A DNA stretch of 32,000 bases from Candidatus Saccharimonadota bacterium (GCF_008189405.1 NZ_CP043316.1:150001-182000); one strand, 5' to 3'. Shown: positions 18,107-27,546, counted from the stretch's first letter. Notes: a model not told the origin generated them from the sequence alone. Translations and numbers: made by a program.

Positions 18107-18161
18107 GAAAATTTAACTAAGAAAATTTAAAGTTAAGTAAGTTACAAATTAAGTTAATAAA

Positions 18162-18830
18162 TTAACCTAAGATGTTAACTCCCAAACCTAAGCTTCCATT
18201 AAACTCAACAGATTTTTTAGCATCGAATTTAGTTTTAGCATCATTTTTAAATGAATTTTCTTTCTTCATGATGTAATCAACATTGAACTCACCAGATACG
18301 AATAGTCTTGCGTTGAAATGGTAGTTCAGACCTAAGTTTCCACCGAATCCCATGTAATGCTTTTTATCAGCATCAGCAGCATTGATAATAGAATCTGATG
18401 TAGCTGAGATTTTGATGTTTCTGTAAGCAAACAAAGCTGCAGCATGTACAGAAATTTTGTCATTCAATTTGTATTGAACAGCTGGTCCAGCATTGAAACC
18501 AAAGTTAGACTTTGAAGTAAATAATACTTTATCAGCATCATTTTTATGATTTTTCTTGTCAGAACCCAAGTCAGCAGAAACTTTAATTCCGAACTTGTTC
18601 ATGAATAGATTAGCTGTTGCTCTACCTGCAAAGTAAGAAGCATTTCCATCTTTTTTGAATTCACCACCGAATGATACATCTTTGTTTGCGTCTGCAGCAT
18701 CTTTAATACTACCTGAGATTTCTACATTTGTTTTTCTAACTACACCACCAGCAACAACTGAAGCAGTAACTTTAGCTGACACATGACTGGAAAGTGACAA
18801 TAGCGCTAAGAATAAGAATTTGTTATTCAT
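18162..18830 (-). CDS. Outer-membrane beta-barrel surface protein, paralog 4 (shortest, probably the prototype)
   Basis: The ORF extends to 18869. The internal start MNNKFLFLALLSLSSHVSAKV (ATG at 18830) gives a classic signal peptide and is preceded by AAGGGGA. Beta-strand pattern (GFNAGPAVQYKLNDKISVHAAALFAYR; GFGGNLGLNYHFNARLFVSGEFNVDY). Followed by terminator-like hairpins. Confidence 0.65.
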   Translation of the reverse strand: MNNKFLFLALLSLSSHVSAKVTASVVAGGVVRKTNVEISGSIKDAADANKDVSFGGEFKKDGNASYFAGRATANLFMNKFGIKVSADLGSDKKNHKNDADKVLFTSKSNFGFNAGPAVQYKLNDKISVHAAALFAYRNIKISATSDSIINAADADKKHYMGFGGNLGLNYHFNARLFVSGEFNVDYIMKKENSFKNDAKTKFDAKKSVEFNGSLGLGVNILG

Positions 18831-19058
18831 TATATTTAATTCCCCTTTCGAAAAGAACATACTCATCATACAAGAAAATATCTTAGATTAAAATAGGAAA
18901 AAGCAAAAAAATTGTAATAAATTGTGAAAAAATGAGCTTATTTACATATTTTTCTAAACGCTACCATTTAAACTGCTCAATTAATTCATTAAAAATTATC
19001 GAAAAATGCATGAAAATTACTTAATAATAAGTATATTGGAGGTGGGAAAATGGAAAAA

Positions 19059-20570
19059 TTAAATTTTGCTTAAGTAATTGCATACTAATCTTACACCAAA
19101 CCCAGTCGACTTATTGATATTAAGCATAGAATTTCTAGATGTATGTGCAACCCCCGCAATATCGATGTGTGCCCATTTGGTTTTTTTATCTATAAATCTT
19201 TGTAAGAATTGTGCAGCAGTGATACTTCCAGCACCAGCACCTGGTTTTGCAATATTACACATATCAGCAATATGGCAATTCATTAATTCATCATACTTAT
19301 CATTTAATGGTAACCTACAAACAGGTTCGTGAGTTTGATCTCCTGATTCGATCAATTGATTAGAGAGTTCTGTATCATTTGAAAACAAACCACCATATAA
19401 TTCTCCAAGTGCAACAACAACTGCACCAGTTAAAGTTGCAAAATCTATAATTTTACTTGCTTTATATCGTGTTTGCGCAATATACAGTGCATCTGCCAGG
19501 ATTAAGCGTCCTTCTGCATCAGTATTAAGTACTTCTATTGTTTTCCCAGATAAAGAAGTGATTACATCCCCTGGTTTAAGTGCATTTCCTGAAGGCATGT
19601 TTTCTACACAAGGAATAATGGCTATTAATTTTTGTTTTAATTTATTTGAAGCAGCAGCTTTCATTATTCCTAATACAGTGGCAGCTCCACCCATATCAAC
19701 TTTCATATCTTCCATACTTCTAGGTGGTTTTAGTGATAATCCACCAGAATCAAATGTTACGCCCTTACCAACTAATACAATTGGATTATGTTTATTATTT
19801 GGATTTGAAGAATTTGAAGCAGCAGAATTATTTATGATTTGTTCAGGAGGATTGGAGCCTTCTATATTGCTGTTATTATATGAAGTCCCATCCCATTCAC
19901 ATGTTATCAAAAGGGGAGGTTCACTACTTCCTTTTCCTACTTCCCAAATACCTCCTTCAGTAACTTTTTCTATAGTAACTTTAATTCCTGGTATGTTTTT
20001 TGCGTATTCAGCTAATTTGCTTGGTGTTAGTAAGTTGCTTGGCATTTCAACTAATTCTCTAGTTAAGAATGTAGAATCGATTAGATTATTAATTTTTTGT
20101 ATTTCTTCATGCATATTTTCTTGAAGATCTTCTGTGTGAGGAGTGTTTGTATTAACACTGTCTTTAAAGTATATATCTATAGAAATTTTATTTTTAGGCT
20201 TTTGATTGGTTTTATGCCCGGAATATTCCCAAATTCCTATAAGCAATCCTTCGTAGAATTTTAATAAATCATATTTATTGATATGACTACAATCAATGGT
20301 TAATTTATTTGTATTATTTAATCCATTATTTATATGATTATTTGTCCCTATGCTATTTTGTATGCTTTGTATATATTTCCCTATCTCAATTCCAAGTAGA
20401 ATATCATTTGGCTTTTTAGTGAAATATTTAATTTCTGTTTCATTATTATAAATTTTCTCTACATTATCAGATTGTATGATTTTTAATATTGTATGATTTT
20501 GATCTGATTGTTGAGCTAATTGATTGCTTAATCGAAATGTAAAATTTTTGAAAATAAAAGTATTTGTCAT
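19059..20570 (-). CDS. pepA: Leucyl (cytosol) aminopeptidase, M17 family, with an Asn/Ser-rich insertion
   Basis: M17 catalytic signatures VGKGVTFDSGGLSLKP and NTDAEGRLILADAL, plus HIDIAG near the C-terminus. Confidence 0.9.
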   Translation of the reverse strand: MTNTFIFKNFTFRLSNQLAQQSDQNHTILKIIQSDNVEKIYNNETEIKYFTKKPNDILLGIEIGKYIQSIQNSIGTNNHINNGLNNTNKLTIDCSHINKYDLLKFYEGLLIGIWEYSGHKTNQKPKNKISIDIYFKDSVNTNTPHTEDLQENMHEEIQKINNLIDSTFLTRELVEMPSNLLTPSKLAEYAKNIPGIKVTIEKVTEGGIWEVGKGSSEPPLLITCEWDGTSYNNSNIEGSNPPEQIINNSAASNSSNPNNKHNPIVLVGKGVTFDSGGLSLKPPRSMEDMKVDMGGAATVLGIMKAAASNKLKQKLIAIIPCVENMPSGNALKPGDVITSLSGKTIEVLNTDAEGRLILADALYIAQTRYKASKIIDFATLTGAVVVALGELYGGLFSNDTELSNQLIESGDQTHEPVCRLPLNDKYDELMNCHIADMCNIAKPGAGAGSITAAQFLQRFIDKKTKWAHIDIAGVAHTSRNSMLNINKSTGFGVRLVCNYLSKI

Positions 20571-20671
20571 GTAACTGCTTTCTTTGATTATTTCTATTTT
20601 GACGATTTTAAAAATTTAGTCAAATTATGTTTATTCCTTGAAGTGTTGTGCATCTGAACAGATTGTTTGAT

Positions 20672-22150
20672 TTAGTGATAATGATTTGTATTTTGCTCTA
20701 CTTTTTGTCTAGCTTGATATACGCTTTTTTCAAAACTTTTATTAATTACTTTTCTATTTCCAATCCTATTTGCTAATTCACCTCTCATATGCATTAGTTT
20801 AAAATATCCTTTGGTGGTTTTTTGGTATGCATCAATTGTTCTTGTATATGCATAAAGAACGCTATTCTCTGCCATAATTACATCATCTATAGAAATTCTT
20901 CGTTTGCCTGCTAAATCAATGTCATTAAGGAATAAGGATTTCTTGGATTTCAAAGCTGCTTCATGGTGATTTAAGGATTTGTTATGCATTTGTAATTCTT
21001 TTTTACTATTTTCCAAATTTGCAAACACATTATAACCAGCAGTAATAGTTTTTCTTACACTCTCTAAATATTTCAATTTAGCTGCATTAATATTTTGACC
21101 ACCTTCTATCATTTTTGACATGCTATCTAACCCTAAGTGGTGAGTTAAAGATAAATCTATAGATCCTTGCCATTTCGCTCCAGTCCTACCATGCGTAGCG
21201 CTGTATTCACCAGATTTTCTTGAATATGTTGTGTCTAAGTTAAAGCTAGGGAGCATGTTCATAATCCCAGATCCAGAAGAAGCAATTATATGCTTTTTAG
21301 AGTAATATTCTTTTTTCAAATCATGAGATCCAAATAATATTTTAGTTTTATTTGTATCCCAATTTCCATAATGAGGGATAGATCCAACTTGTTCAGGTAG
21401 CTTTGTGCCTGGAGACAATACCTCTAATTTATGCCTTAGTACTTTTTCTTGATTTTGATTAACAAATAATTCGATTTCACTGTTTGATAATTCAGCTTCA
21501 GCAGTATGCAAATCAGAAATATTCATTGTACCAGTTTGGATCCTAGCTTTGATTTGTTTGACTAAGTGTCTCCTAGATTGAACAATTCGGTTTTTTAAGT
21601 TTACAGTGGCTTTTTGGCAAATCCAGTCTATTAATGTTTCAACTACTTCTTCTAAGCAAAATTTTGACCAATTTGACCAATATTCCTCTAAATCAGCTTT
21701 TGATTTAATATTTGCAGCAGCAATATCAGTGATGATTGAATTTTTAATTTTTAATAGATGAACTTGAACCTGTTTATTGTGCCACTTTGCTCGGAACTTA
21801 TTATTTGGGATGCTTTTTCCATCGTACATAAACTTATGTTGGGTCGTAAGCTGTGAGTCAATAGAAGGTAAGAATGACAGAATGGATGAGGCATTCTTAG
21901 CTTTTGATGCTGACAATTGAGCTCTAATATATTTGACGTAATTATCAGATTGAATAACTTGAGAAGCCCATTCTTCAATTGCTGATATATCACCTGATGA
22001 AATGAAATTTAGTTCTTTATTATTATATTGCTTGTTTTTGGCTTTATAAGCATTGATTTTATTATTATTGTTGCTTTTGTTTGCAATTAGTGATGATGAA
22101 GCACACAATGTCAGTGCAAGAATACCATTGGAAATATATTTTATAGACAT
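20672..22150 (-). CDS. tolC: TolC-like outer-membrane efflux/secretion channel protein
   Basis: Signal peptide MSIKYISNGILALTLCASSSLIA. Two-repeat helical architecture typical of OEP-family proteins (AQLSASKAKNASSILSFLPSIDSQL; TGTMNISDLHTAEAELSNSEIEL). About 490 aa. The assignment rests on pattern rather than alignment. Confidence 0.65.
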   Translation of the reverse strand: MSIKYISNGILALTLCASSSLIANKSNNNNKINAYKAKNKQYNNKELNFISSGDISAIEEWASQVIQSDNYVKYIRAQLSASKAKNASSILSFLPSIDSQLTTQHKFMYDGKSIPNNKFRAKWHNKQVQVHLLKIKNSIITDIAAANIKSKADLEEYWSNWSKFCLEEVVETLIDWICQKATVNLKNRIVQSRRHLVKQIKARIQTGTMNISDLHTAEAELSNSEIELFVNQNQEKVLRHKLEVLSPGTKLPEQVGSIPHYGNWDTNKTKILFGSHDLKKEYYSKKHIIASSGSGIMNMLPSFNLDTTYSRKSGEYSATHGRTGAKWQGSIDLSLTHHLGLDSMSKMIEGGQNINAAKLKYLESVRKTITAGYNVFANLENSKKELQMHNKSLNHHEAALKSKKSLFLNDIDLAGKRRISIDDVIMAENSVLYAYTRTIDAYQKTTKGYFKLMHMRGELANRIGNRKVINKSFEKSVYQARQKVEQNTNHYH

Positions 22151-22293
22151 GGCTCAATTCTCACATATTTCATTCCAAAGATCTATTAGATCGTAAAAAT
22201 TCTATATTGTTTTTAAGGTGTTATTAATCTATTTTTCATGCATTATGAATATTTGTTTTTTTATGAATATTTATATGTGTTTTATAGTTTGAA

Positions 22294-24087
22294 TTAGTGA
22301 TGTTTTTTACGATTTGAAATTAATTGTATAGCGTAAGCTATAACTAATAATGTTAAAGTTTCTCCTAATGTATCTAGAACTCTATAATGTACAACAATAT
22401 CATTTACAGTAGTATTTGCAGGGTACTGTACAATTTTGGAAGGTATTTTGAAACATGAAATCAAACATATTGCTAGTAACATAGAGTGTAAAAATGAAAA
22501 TATGGATCCGGGAATGCTTTGCTTATTTACATTGAAATTTATTTTTGATTTGATGATAAGGTAAGTTATAATTATATCTACAATAATATTTGTAACAGCA
22601 ATATCAACACCTCCAAATTTAATGTACTCATTCGTCATATAAATACTAATTAATAATAATCCTGCTAATTTGGATGGAAGTCCTTTGTATAGAAGTAGGA
22701 AGCATCCAAATAGAAGTAAAAACAGAAAGTGCATTTCATTATAATTAAATTTAAAATGAGCAAGTAAATTATATAAGAATTGTGGGTTAAAGATTGCTAT
22801 ATTTAAAATGCCAAACAATAATAAATATATATATATAGTTTTTTTAACATTTTGCATACTTTGAGGAGCTGGAATTTTCCTGATATAGCCAATAATATTT
22901 GTGAAATTGAAATTCTTACATAATCTGTATTGTTGTAATATTGCATGAAGTAATAGTGCAATTAAGATATATAGTATCAAATAGCATATTTTAATTATGG
23001 TGATAGTGGATGGCAATAAAAATATAATACATGGGAAGAATATAATATGTTTTATTTGTAATTTTGTGAATTGTGTTTGATGCATTTGCTTGAATAATTT
23101 GAAGAATAATAAAATATTTGTAGATTTTACAAGTATGCTAGAAATCAAATGTACTTTCCCATACATATAAGTGATTTCAAAGCCGGGAATTCCACACATT
23201 GGAATTATGCATAAAAATAATAATGCAAAAGAAGAATATGATAATGTTTTAATATTTTCTATATTATAATTGCCATTTTCCTTGAATATTTCATCACAAA
23301 ATACAAACATAAATGATTTATATAATGCATGTGCAAATATGATATATTTTAGTGAATGCAGATCTGAATGGTTGTATAGTGCTGTTAATATACATAATGA
23401 TACGTGCATTTGTGAAGTTAGTGACACCAATATTTTTAAATTACTAGTTCGGAAATAAAAGCATGATTTTAATAATGTAATAAAACAAGAGATGCTTAAT
23501 ATATAATAGAGTAAGGTATTGTCTATTTGTGAATTATGAATTTGTAATATTAGATATAGTCCCATCTGTACAATTGTTGAAGAATGCAAATACGCACTTA
23601 CTAGAGATGAAGATTTTTCAGTTAACATAAGCCATGAGAATGGAAATTGCGATGATTTAGTAAGAATTGTAATGCATAATGCAATTGTTATTTGTAATAT
23701 TTCATTATGAGTAAATTGTGCATGCTGCAAGTCTATCCATAAAGTGCATTTTTGCATTAAAATGCATGCTGCCCATGCGAATGTAAGCCCTCCGATAATA
23801 TTATTTAATAAGATTGTTCTTGTCTGAGATTGATTATGCTCTGTTTTGAGCAATATATATGAAACCCATGTAATAAATTCCCATAATATAAATGATAATA
23901 AAATAGATTGAATGCTAAAAAATAGGTAAGATATAAAGCCAAATAATATAAATGCAAATGATGAAAATGAACTGTTTTTGGTTAATATTTTGTACAGCAG
24001 TATTTGAATTCCAAATATAGGCAATATGGAAATATAAGTATGCCTGAATAGGCAAAAATGCTCAAAAATGCTCAGACTGGAAAACAT
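22294..24087 (-). CDS. Highly divergent MrpA/NuoL-family (proton-antiporter-like) polytopic membrane protein with an MnhB-like C-terminal segment
   Basis: LSFILWEFITWVSYILL and FPFSWLMLTEKSSSLVSAYLHSSTIVQMGLYLILQI correspond to the PF00361-type blocks (FWE...SYLLI; PFH.WLP.AM..PTPVSALLHAATMV.AG.YL). The C-terminal VVHYRVLDTLGETLTLLVIAYAI resembles the MnhB block (DYRGFDTLGE). No other mrp or nuo genes are adjacent. Confidence 0.6.
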   Translation of the reverse strand: MFSSLSIFEHFCLFRHTYISILPIFGIQILLYKILTKNSSFSSFAFILFGFISYLFFSIQSILLSFILWEFITWVSYILLKTEHNQSQTRTILLNNIIGGLTFAWAACILMQKCTLWIDLQHAQFTHNEILQITIALCITILTKSSQFPFSWLMLTEKSSSLVSAYLHSSTIVQMGLYLILQIHNSQIDNTLLYYILSISCFITLLKSCFYFRTSNLKILVSLTSQMHVSLCILTALYNHSDLHSLKYIIFAHALYKSFMFVFCDEIFKENGNYNIENIKTLSYSSFALLFLCIIPMCGIPGFEITYMYGKVHLISSILVKSTNILLFFKLFKQMHQTQFTKLQIKHIIFFPCIIFLLPSTITIIKICYLILYILIALLLHAILQQYRLCKNFNFTNIIGYIRKIPAPQSMQNVKKTIYIYLLLFGILNIAIFNPQFLYNLLAHFKFNYNEMHFLFLLLFGCFLLLYKGLPSKLAGLLLISIYMTNEYIKFGGVDIAVTNIIVDIIITYLIIKSKINFNVNKQSIPGSIFSFLHSMLLAICLISCFKIPSKIVQYPANTTVNDIVVHYRVLDTLGETLTLLVIAYAIQLISNRKKHH

Positions 24088-24112
24088 GTTTATATAATTA
24101 CATATAAAATTG

Positions 24113-24164
24113 GAAGAGAATATATCTTACTTATAGTAGTAGAAGAGAGAATATCTTACTTATA
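24113..24164. repeat. Short imperfect direct repeat (23 nt, 21/23 identical) in the spacer upstream of the MrpA-like gene
   Basis: GAAGAGAATATATCTTACTTATA (24113-24135) versus GAAGAGAGAATATCTTACTTATA (24142-24164), followed by a duplicated CTTATAATAAAAA. Confidence 0.8.
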
Positions 24165-24219
24165 ATAAAAAAACTTATAATAAAAATAAAAATGCTTTGC
24201 AAATCAGGATGTTTGTTTA

Positions 24220-25482
24220 CTATCTTTGATTTTTGTATAACCTGAATGTAAATACAGAAGATAGTGCTAGTGGAATAATAACCATGTATGCCCAATTTGT
24301 AGCAAAAGATACAATCAATGAGCCTAAGAACATGCTTAAATTATATGCAATAATTGATGCTATAATATTTTCACCACACTGCTTAACCATGTTTTTTAAT
24401 CCATAATGCATCCCAAAGGCAATGCTAAGTTGGGAGAACAGCATTAATAGGACAATGCCAATTTTATTGGTCATAGATAATAAAACCAGACCTGTCCATA
24501 CAATTATAAAAATCCTATATATGTATAATATATTAGTATTGTATACAAAGTTGTTTGATGTGAGATTATTTAAATCATCATTATTTATAGGTTGATTAAA
24601 ATTTTCATTACTTATAGCATTTATCTTTCTTTTTTTATCCATTCTATCTAATATTTTGCCAATCACAGTTACAAACAAAATTGAAGAGCATAGCATGATT
24701 AACTTATACTTATGTATAAAATATAAATCTGTATATCCATGCTTTGCAAAGAATTGAGGGAAATATAGGTAATTCACGATTAAGAAGCTAGTAAATACCA
24801 TTATCAATACTGAATTAACTATTGGCTTGAAGCTTGATATGATACTAAATTCTGTAATGCTACGTTGTACTTGAGTTATTTTATTTGTGTTGAATGATCG
24901 CATTCTAAATAGTAGCAAACCAAACAATCCAGAAATCATAAAAGGAATTCGCCAATAATAAGATAAGATTTGCTCTTTTGAACAAAAATATAATAATGTC
25001 CATGATGATAAGCTAGCTAATATGGCTCCAACAGTTGTGCTAGAAATTACCATTCCAATTTTTGAGTTTTGGTTTTCATCATTATCAGATGCAATTTTAA
25101 TTGCTGAAGGAAATTCTACAGCATATGATACACTTTGCAGAAATCTTAATCCAATTAGCAAGCATGTTGCTGTGATTCCGATTGACGAATACGATGGCAT
25201 TAATGCAATCACTAATGTAGATACTGACATTAATAGCACAGATATTTTTAATATTTGCTCTTTTTGATTACTTAAAAGGCTGATTATAAAAATTCCTATA
25301 AATCTTGATGCATATCCAAGTGCAAAAATATAGAAAATAGAATTCATATTTTCTGGGAAGAATATTTTCGATATGAAATGTGCAAATTCCATAAAAAGTA
25401 TGTAATCGTAATATTCTAATAAAGTTCCTAAATAAGTAAAAATGGAAGATTTAGAATTCTTCTTGTAAAATAATTTCATCAT
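24220..25482 (-). CDS. MFS transporter, metabolite:H+ symporter (ProP-like) type
   Basis: N-terminal GTLLEYYDYILFMEFAHFISKIFFP matches the MHS/ProP block (iEwYDF..y......i...FFP). About 12 hydrophobic spans. Asn-rich insertion in the central loop. Confidence 0.75.
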   Translation of the reverse strand: MMKLFYKKNSKSSIFTYLGTLLEYYDYILFMEFAHFISKIFFPENMNSIFYIFALGYASRFIGIFIISLLSNQKEQILKISVLLMSVSTLVIALMPSYSSIGITATCLLIGLRFLQSVSYAVEFPSAIKIASDNDENQNSKIGMVISSTTVGAILASLSSWTLLYFCSKEQILSYYWRIPFMISGLFGLLLFRMRSFNTNKITQVQRSITEFSIISSFKPIVNSVLIMVFTSFLIVNYLYFPQFFAKHGYTDLYFIHKYKLIMLCSSILFVTVIGKILDRMDKKRKINAISNENFNQPINNDDLNNLTSNNFVYNTNILYIYRIFIIVWTGLVLLSMTNKIGIVLLMLFSQLSIAFGMHYGLKNMVKQCGENIIASIIAYNLSMFLGSLIVSFATNWAYMVIIPLALSSVFTFRLYKNQR

Positions 25483-25494
25483 TATATGTTAACA

Positions 25495-25568
25495 CAGGCG
25501 CTGTAGGAATCGAACCTACGACCAGCTGATTAAGAGTCAGATGCTCTACCGGACTGAGCTAAGCGCCC
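25495..25568 (-). tRNA. tRNA-Lys (anticodon CUU)
   Basis: Minus-strand cloverleaf: GGGCGCT-TA-GCTC-AGTCCGGTA-GAGC-A-TCTGA-CTCTTAA-TCAGC-TGGTC-GTAGG-TTCGATT-CCTAC-AGCGCCT-G. Layout parallels E. coli tRNA-Lys. The acceptor stem closes with a G1-U72 wobble. No encoded CCA. Confidence 0.9.
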
Positions 25569-25874
25569 CTGATGTAAAAAGTAGCATAAAATAATTGATA
25601 TTCAAATAGCTTATGCGATATATTTCAATGCTTATGCAATATATGTAAATTAAATTGTAAATTAGATCATACAATATATGCAAATGTTTTATGCTAATTA
25701 TTATTAGAATAGTTATATTAATTAAATTTAATAAGGCTATGTAAGTTTCTGAATAAACTTAGTATGAATGATTGAAATATAATTGAGTTCAGCAAAGAAG
25801 ATAATCGGGAAAATGTTTACAAAGATATTAATGTAGTATTTACAAAATCATATAATTTGTTAGAATTTTCCAGA

Positions 25875-25946
25875 GAGTGTATAGCTCAGCGGTAGAGCGC
25901 TACGTTGACATCGTAGAGGTCGTAGGTTCAAACCCTATTGCACTCA
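25875..25946 (+). tRNA. tRNA-Val (anticodon GAC)
   Basis: GAGTGTA-TA-GCTC-AGCGGTA-GAGC-G-CTACG-TTGACAT-CGTAG-AGGTC-GTAGG-TTCAAAC-CCTAT-TGCACTC-A. All stems pair, with two G-U pairs. No encoded CCA. Confidence 0.9.
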
Positions 25947-26075
25947 TTTAAATTCATGCGATATTATATCGTGTTATATTCAGAGAAATTTATATTTTGA
26001 TTCAAAATACTTACTGATCTATTTACTGATTATTAGTTTATCAAGTATTTTTTTATTGATTTGCCATATTATTTG

Positions 26076-27068
26076 CTACGCTGATTTAGTGTTATTGTGT
26101 GTATGCTGCAATCCTTTATTGTTTGACATTCTATATCGGCTATTAGCGCATGATCTTGATAGAAGCCCATCTCTCAATCCAGCATTTGACATGATTATTA
26201 CAGAAATATTAGGAATGAATGACATTGTCCTATCCATAAACATTGCACTTCCTCTTGTTGAAATATCTTTTTGATTGGTATTTTCATTTTTTTCTATATC
26301 ACTGACGATTTCTTTAAAAGCTTGTTTAACTTGTGGAACAGAAAGAATCTTACCATGAAGAATCTTAATATCTATATCTTTTAAAGAGTGAATATGGTTT
26401 GCTAGTGTACTCATGATTCCAGATTTAGCGATGATCATAGGGATGTTTTCTTTGTGTTTTAAATGATATTTGATGCATCTCTTAGTAAATTGTTTGATGA
26501 TGTTTTCACTATCTTGATCCATTGAATACATGCTATCATTTTCAAGAAATTTCAAAATACCTATAGGTAAGGAAATCCATTCTTTTAAATAAATAGAATT
26601 GTTGTGTTTTAAACACAATGCTATTTCTGTACTGCATCCACCCATATCAATTACATAAGAATATTTATATGGTATTATTTCTATACATCCTAATGAAGAT
26701 AAATATATCTCTTCATCTGGATCAATCATTCTAAAGTTTAGGCCAGTCTCATCTTTGATTCTTTTGATAAAATGGTTCTTATTAGATGCAAGCCTACATG
26801 CAGCAGTAACTACACATTCTATCTTTTTTACTTCATATTGCTTTGCAATCTGAGAACATTTTTGTAAAAATGATACAGTTCTATTAATAGATTCTTCTTG
26901 AATTAATCCAGTTTTATATACTTTATCCCCTAGTCTTACAGCATTTGCCATAGATTTTAATATAGAAAATCCAGATGTTTTGTTTTTATTTGCAAATCCG
27001 ATTAACATTCTACATAAATTTGATCCTAAATCTATACATGCAACTTTATTATTGTAATTAAATTTCAT
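26076..27068 (-). CDS. Ppx/GppA-family phosphatase (exopolyphosphatase / guanosine pentaphosphate phosphohydrolase family)
   Basis: ASKHA-fold signatures ACIDLGSNLCRMLIG and VIDMGGCSTEI, plus C-terminal SNAGLRDGLL. The ORF extends to 27125, but MKFNYNNKVACIDLGSN (ATG at 27068) fits the family N-terminus. Confidence 0.8.
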   Translation of the reverse strand: MKFNYNNKVACIDLGSNLCRMLIGFANKNKTSGFSILKSMANAVRLGDKVYKTGLIQEESINRTVSFLQKCSQIAKQYEVKKIECVVTAACRLASNKNHFIKRIKDETGLNFRMIDPDEEIYLSSLGCIEIIPYKYSYVIDMGGCSTEIALCLKHNNSIYLKEWISLPIGILKFLENDSMYSMDQDSENIIKQFTKRCIKYHLKHKENIPMIIAKSGIMSTLANHIHSLKDIDIKILHGKILSVPQVKQAFKEIVSDIEKNENTNQKDISTRGSAMFMDRTMSFIPNISVIIMSNAGLRDGLLSRSCANSRYRMSNNKGLQHTHNNTKSA

Positions 27069-27393
27069 TATTACACAAATTTTAACATACTTTTCCATTT
27101 TATAATAAATACATAATCTATACATGCAATTATTTGTTATATAAGAAATTATAGCTTTTTATTAAGTGTTTCGTGGATTAGTATTTGTTTGATTAAATCC
27201 ACTGATTCTTTCGGTGTTATATTATTTGATTTTTATATATTTATTTAATTCAATATTATCATAAATTTAAACTTCCATGTAATACGGGTGAAATTAAATG
27301 TGATTTTTGATTATATATGATGATTTTTAATATATGAAATGCAAAATTTACTTTAAGTCAGTAGAATAAAAGCTTAATTGGAGGAAATTGTTC

Positions 27394-27513
27394 ATGGTGA
27401 TTTTAGATTTTAGTTTTTATAAAAACTATAAGACAGTGTTAACCATTAGTGCTGATAAATATATTACTAAAAGAAGGGTGATTAGAAAAAGAGCAGTTGA
27501 TAAAAAATACTAA
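27394..27513 (+). CDS. Possible small basic protein (39 aa), speculative
   Basis: Consensus SD GGAGG at 27380-27384, 9 nt before the ATG. Translation: MVILDFSFYKNYKTVLTISADKYITKRRVIRKRAVDKKY. A weak hairpin plus T-run lies 35 nt downstream. No family recognised. Confidence 0.2.
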   Translation: MVILDFSFYKNYKTVLTISADKYITKRRVIRKRAVDKKY

Positions 27514-27546
27514 CAAAATAGAATAATTAGGAGAAAAATCTATTTA

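Larger units (their letters stand above)
17861..18126. repeat. Perfect tandem direct duplication, 2 x 133 bp (17861-17993 and 17994-18126)
   Basis: I compared the two copies base by base and found them identical. Each contains an inverted repeat followed by a T-run when read on the minus strand. Confidence 0.95.

Noticed and set aside
19558-20124. 188-aa ORF on the plus strand (also 19078..19332)
   Set aside because: It lies entirely antisense to pepA, whose M17 catalytic motifs are unambiguous. Its composition (Ser/Phe/Ile/Leu-rich, no motifs) is typical of a shadow ORF.
27069-27125. Upstream extension of the Ppx/GppA ORF; likewise 18831..18869 for the surface protein
   Set aside because: The family N-terminal motif (IDLGSN) or a classic signal peptide begins right after the internal Met. 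The extensions add non-conserved residues.
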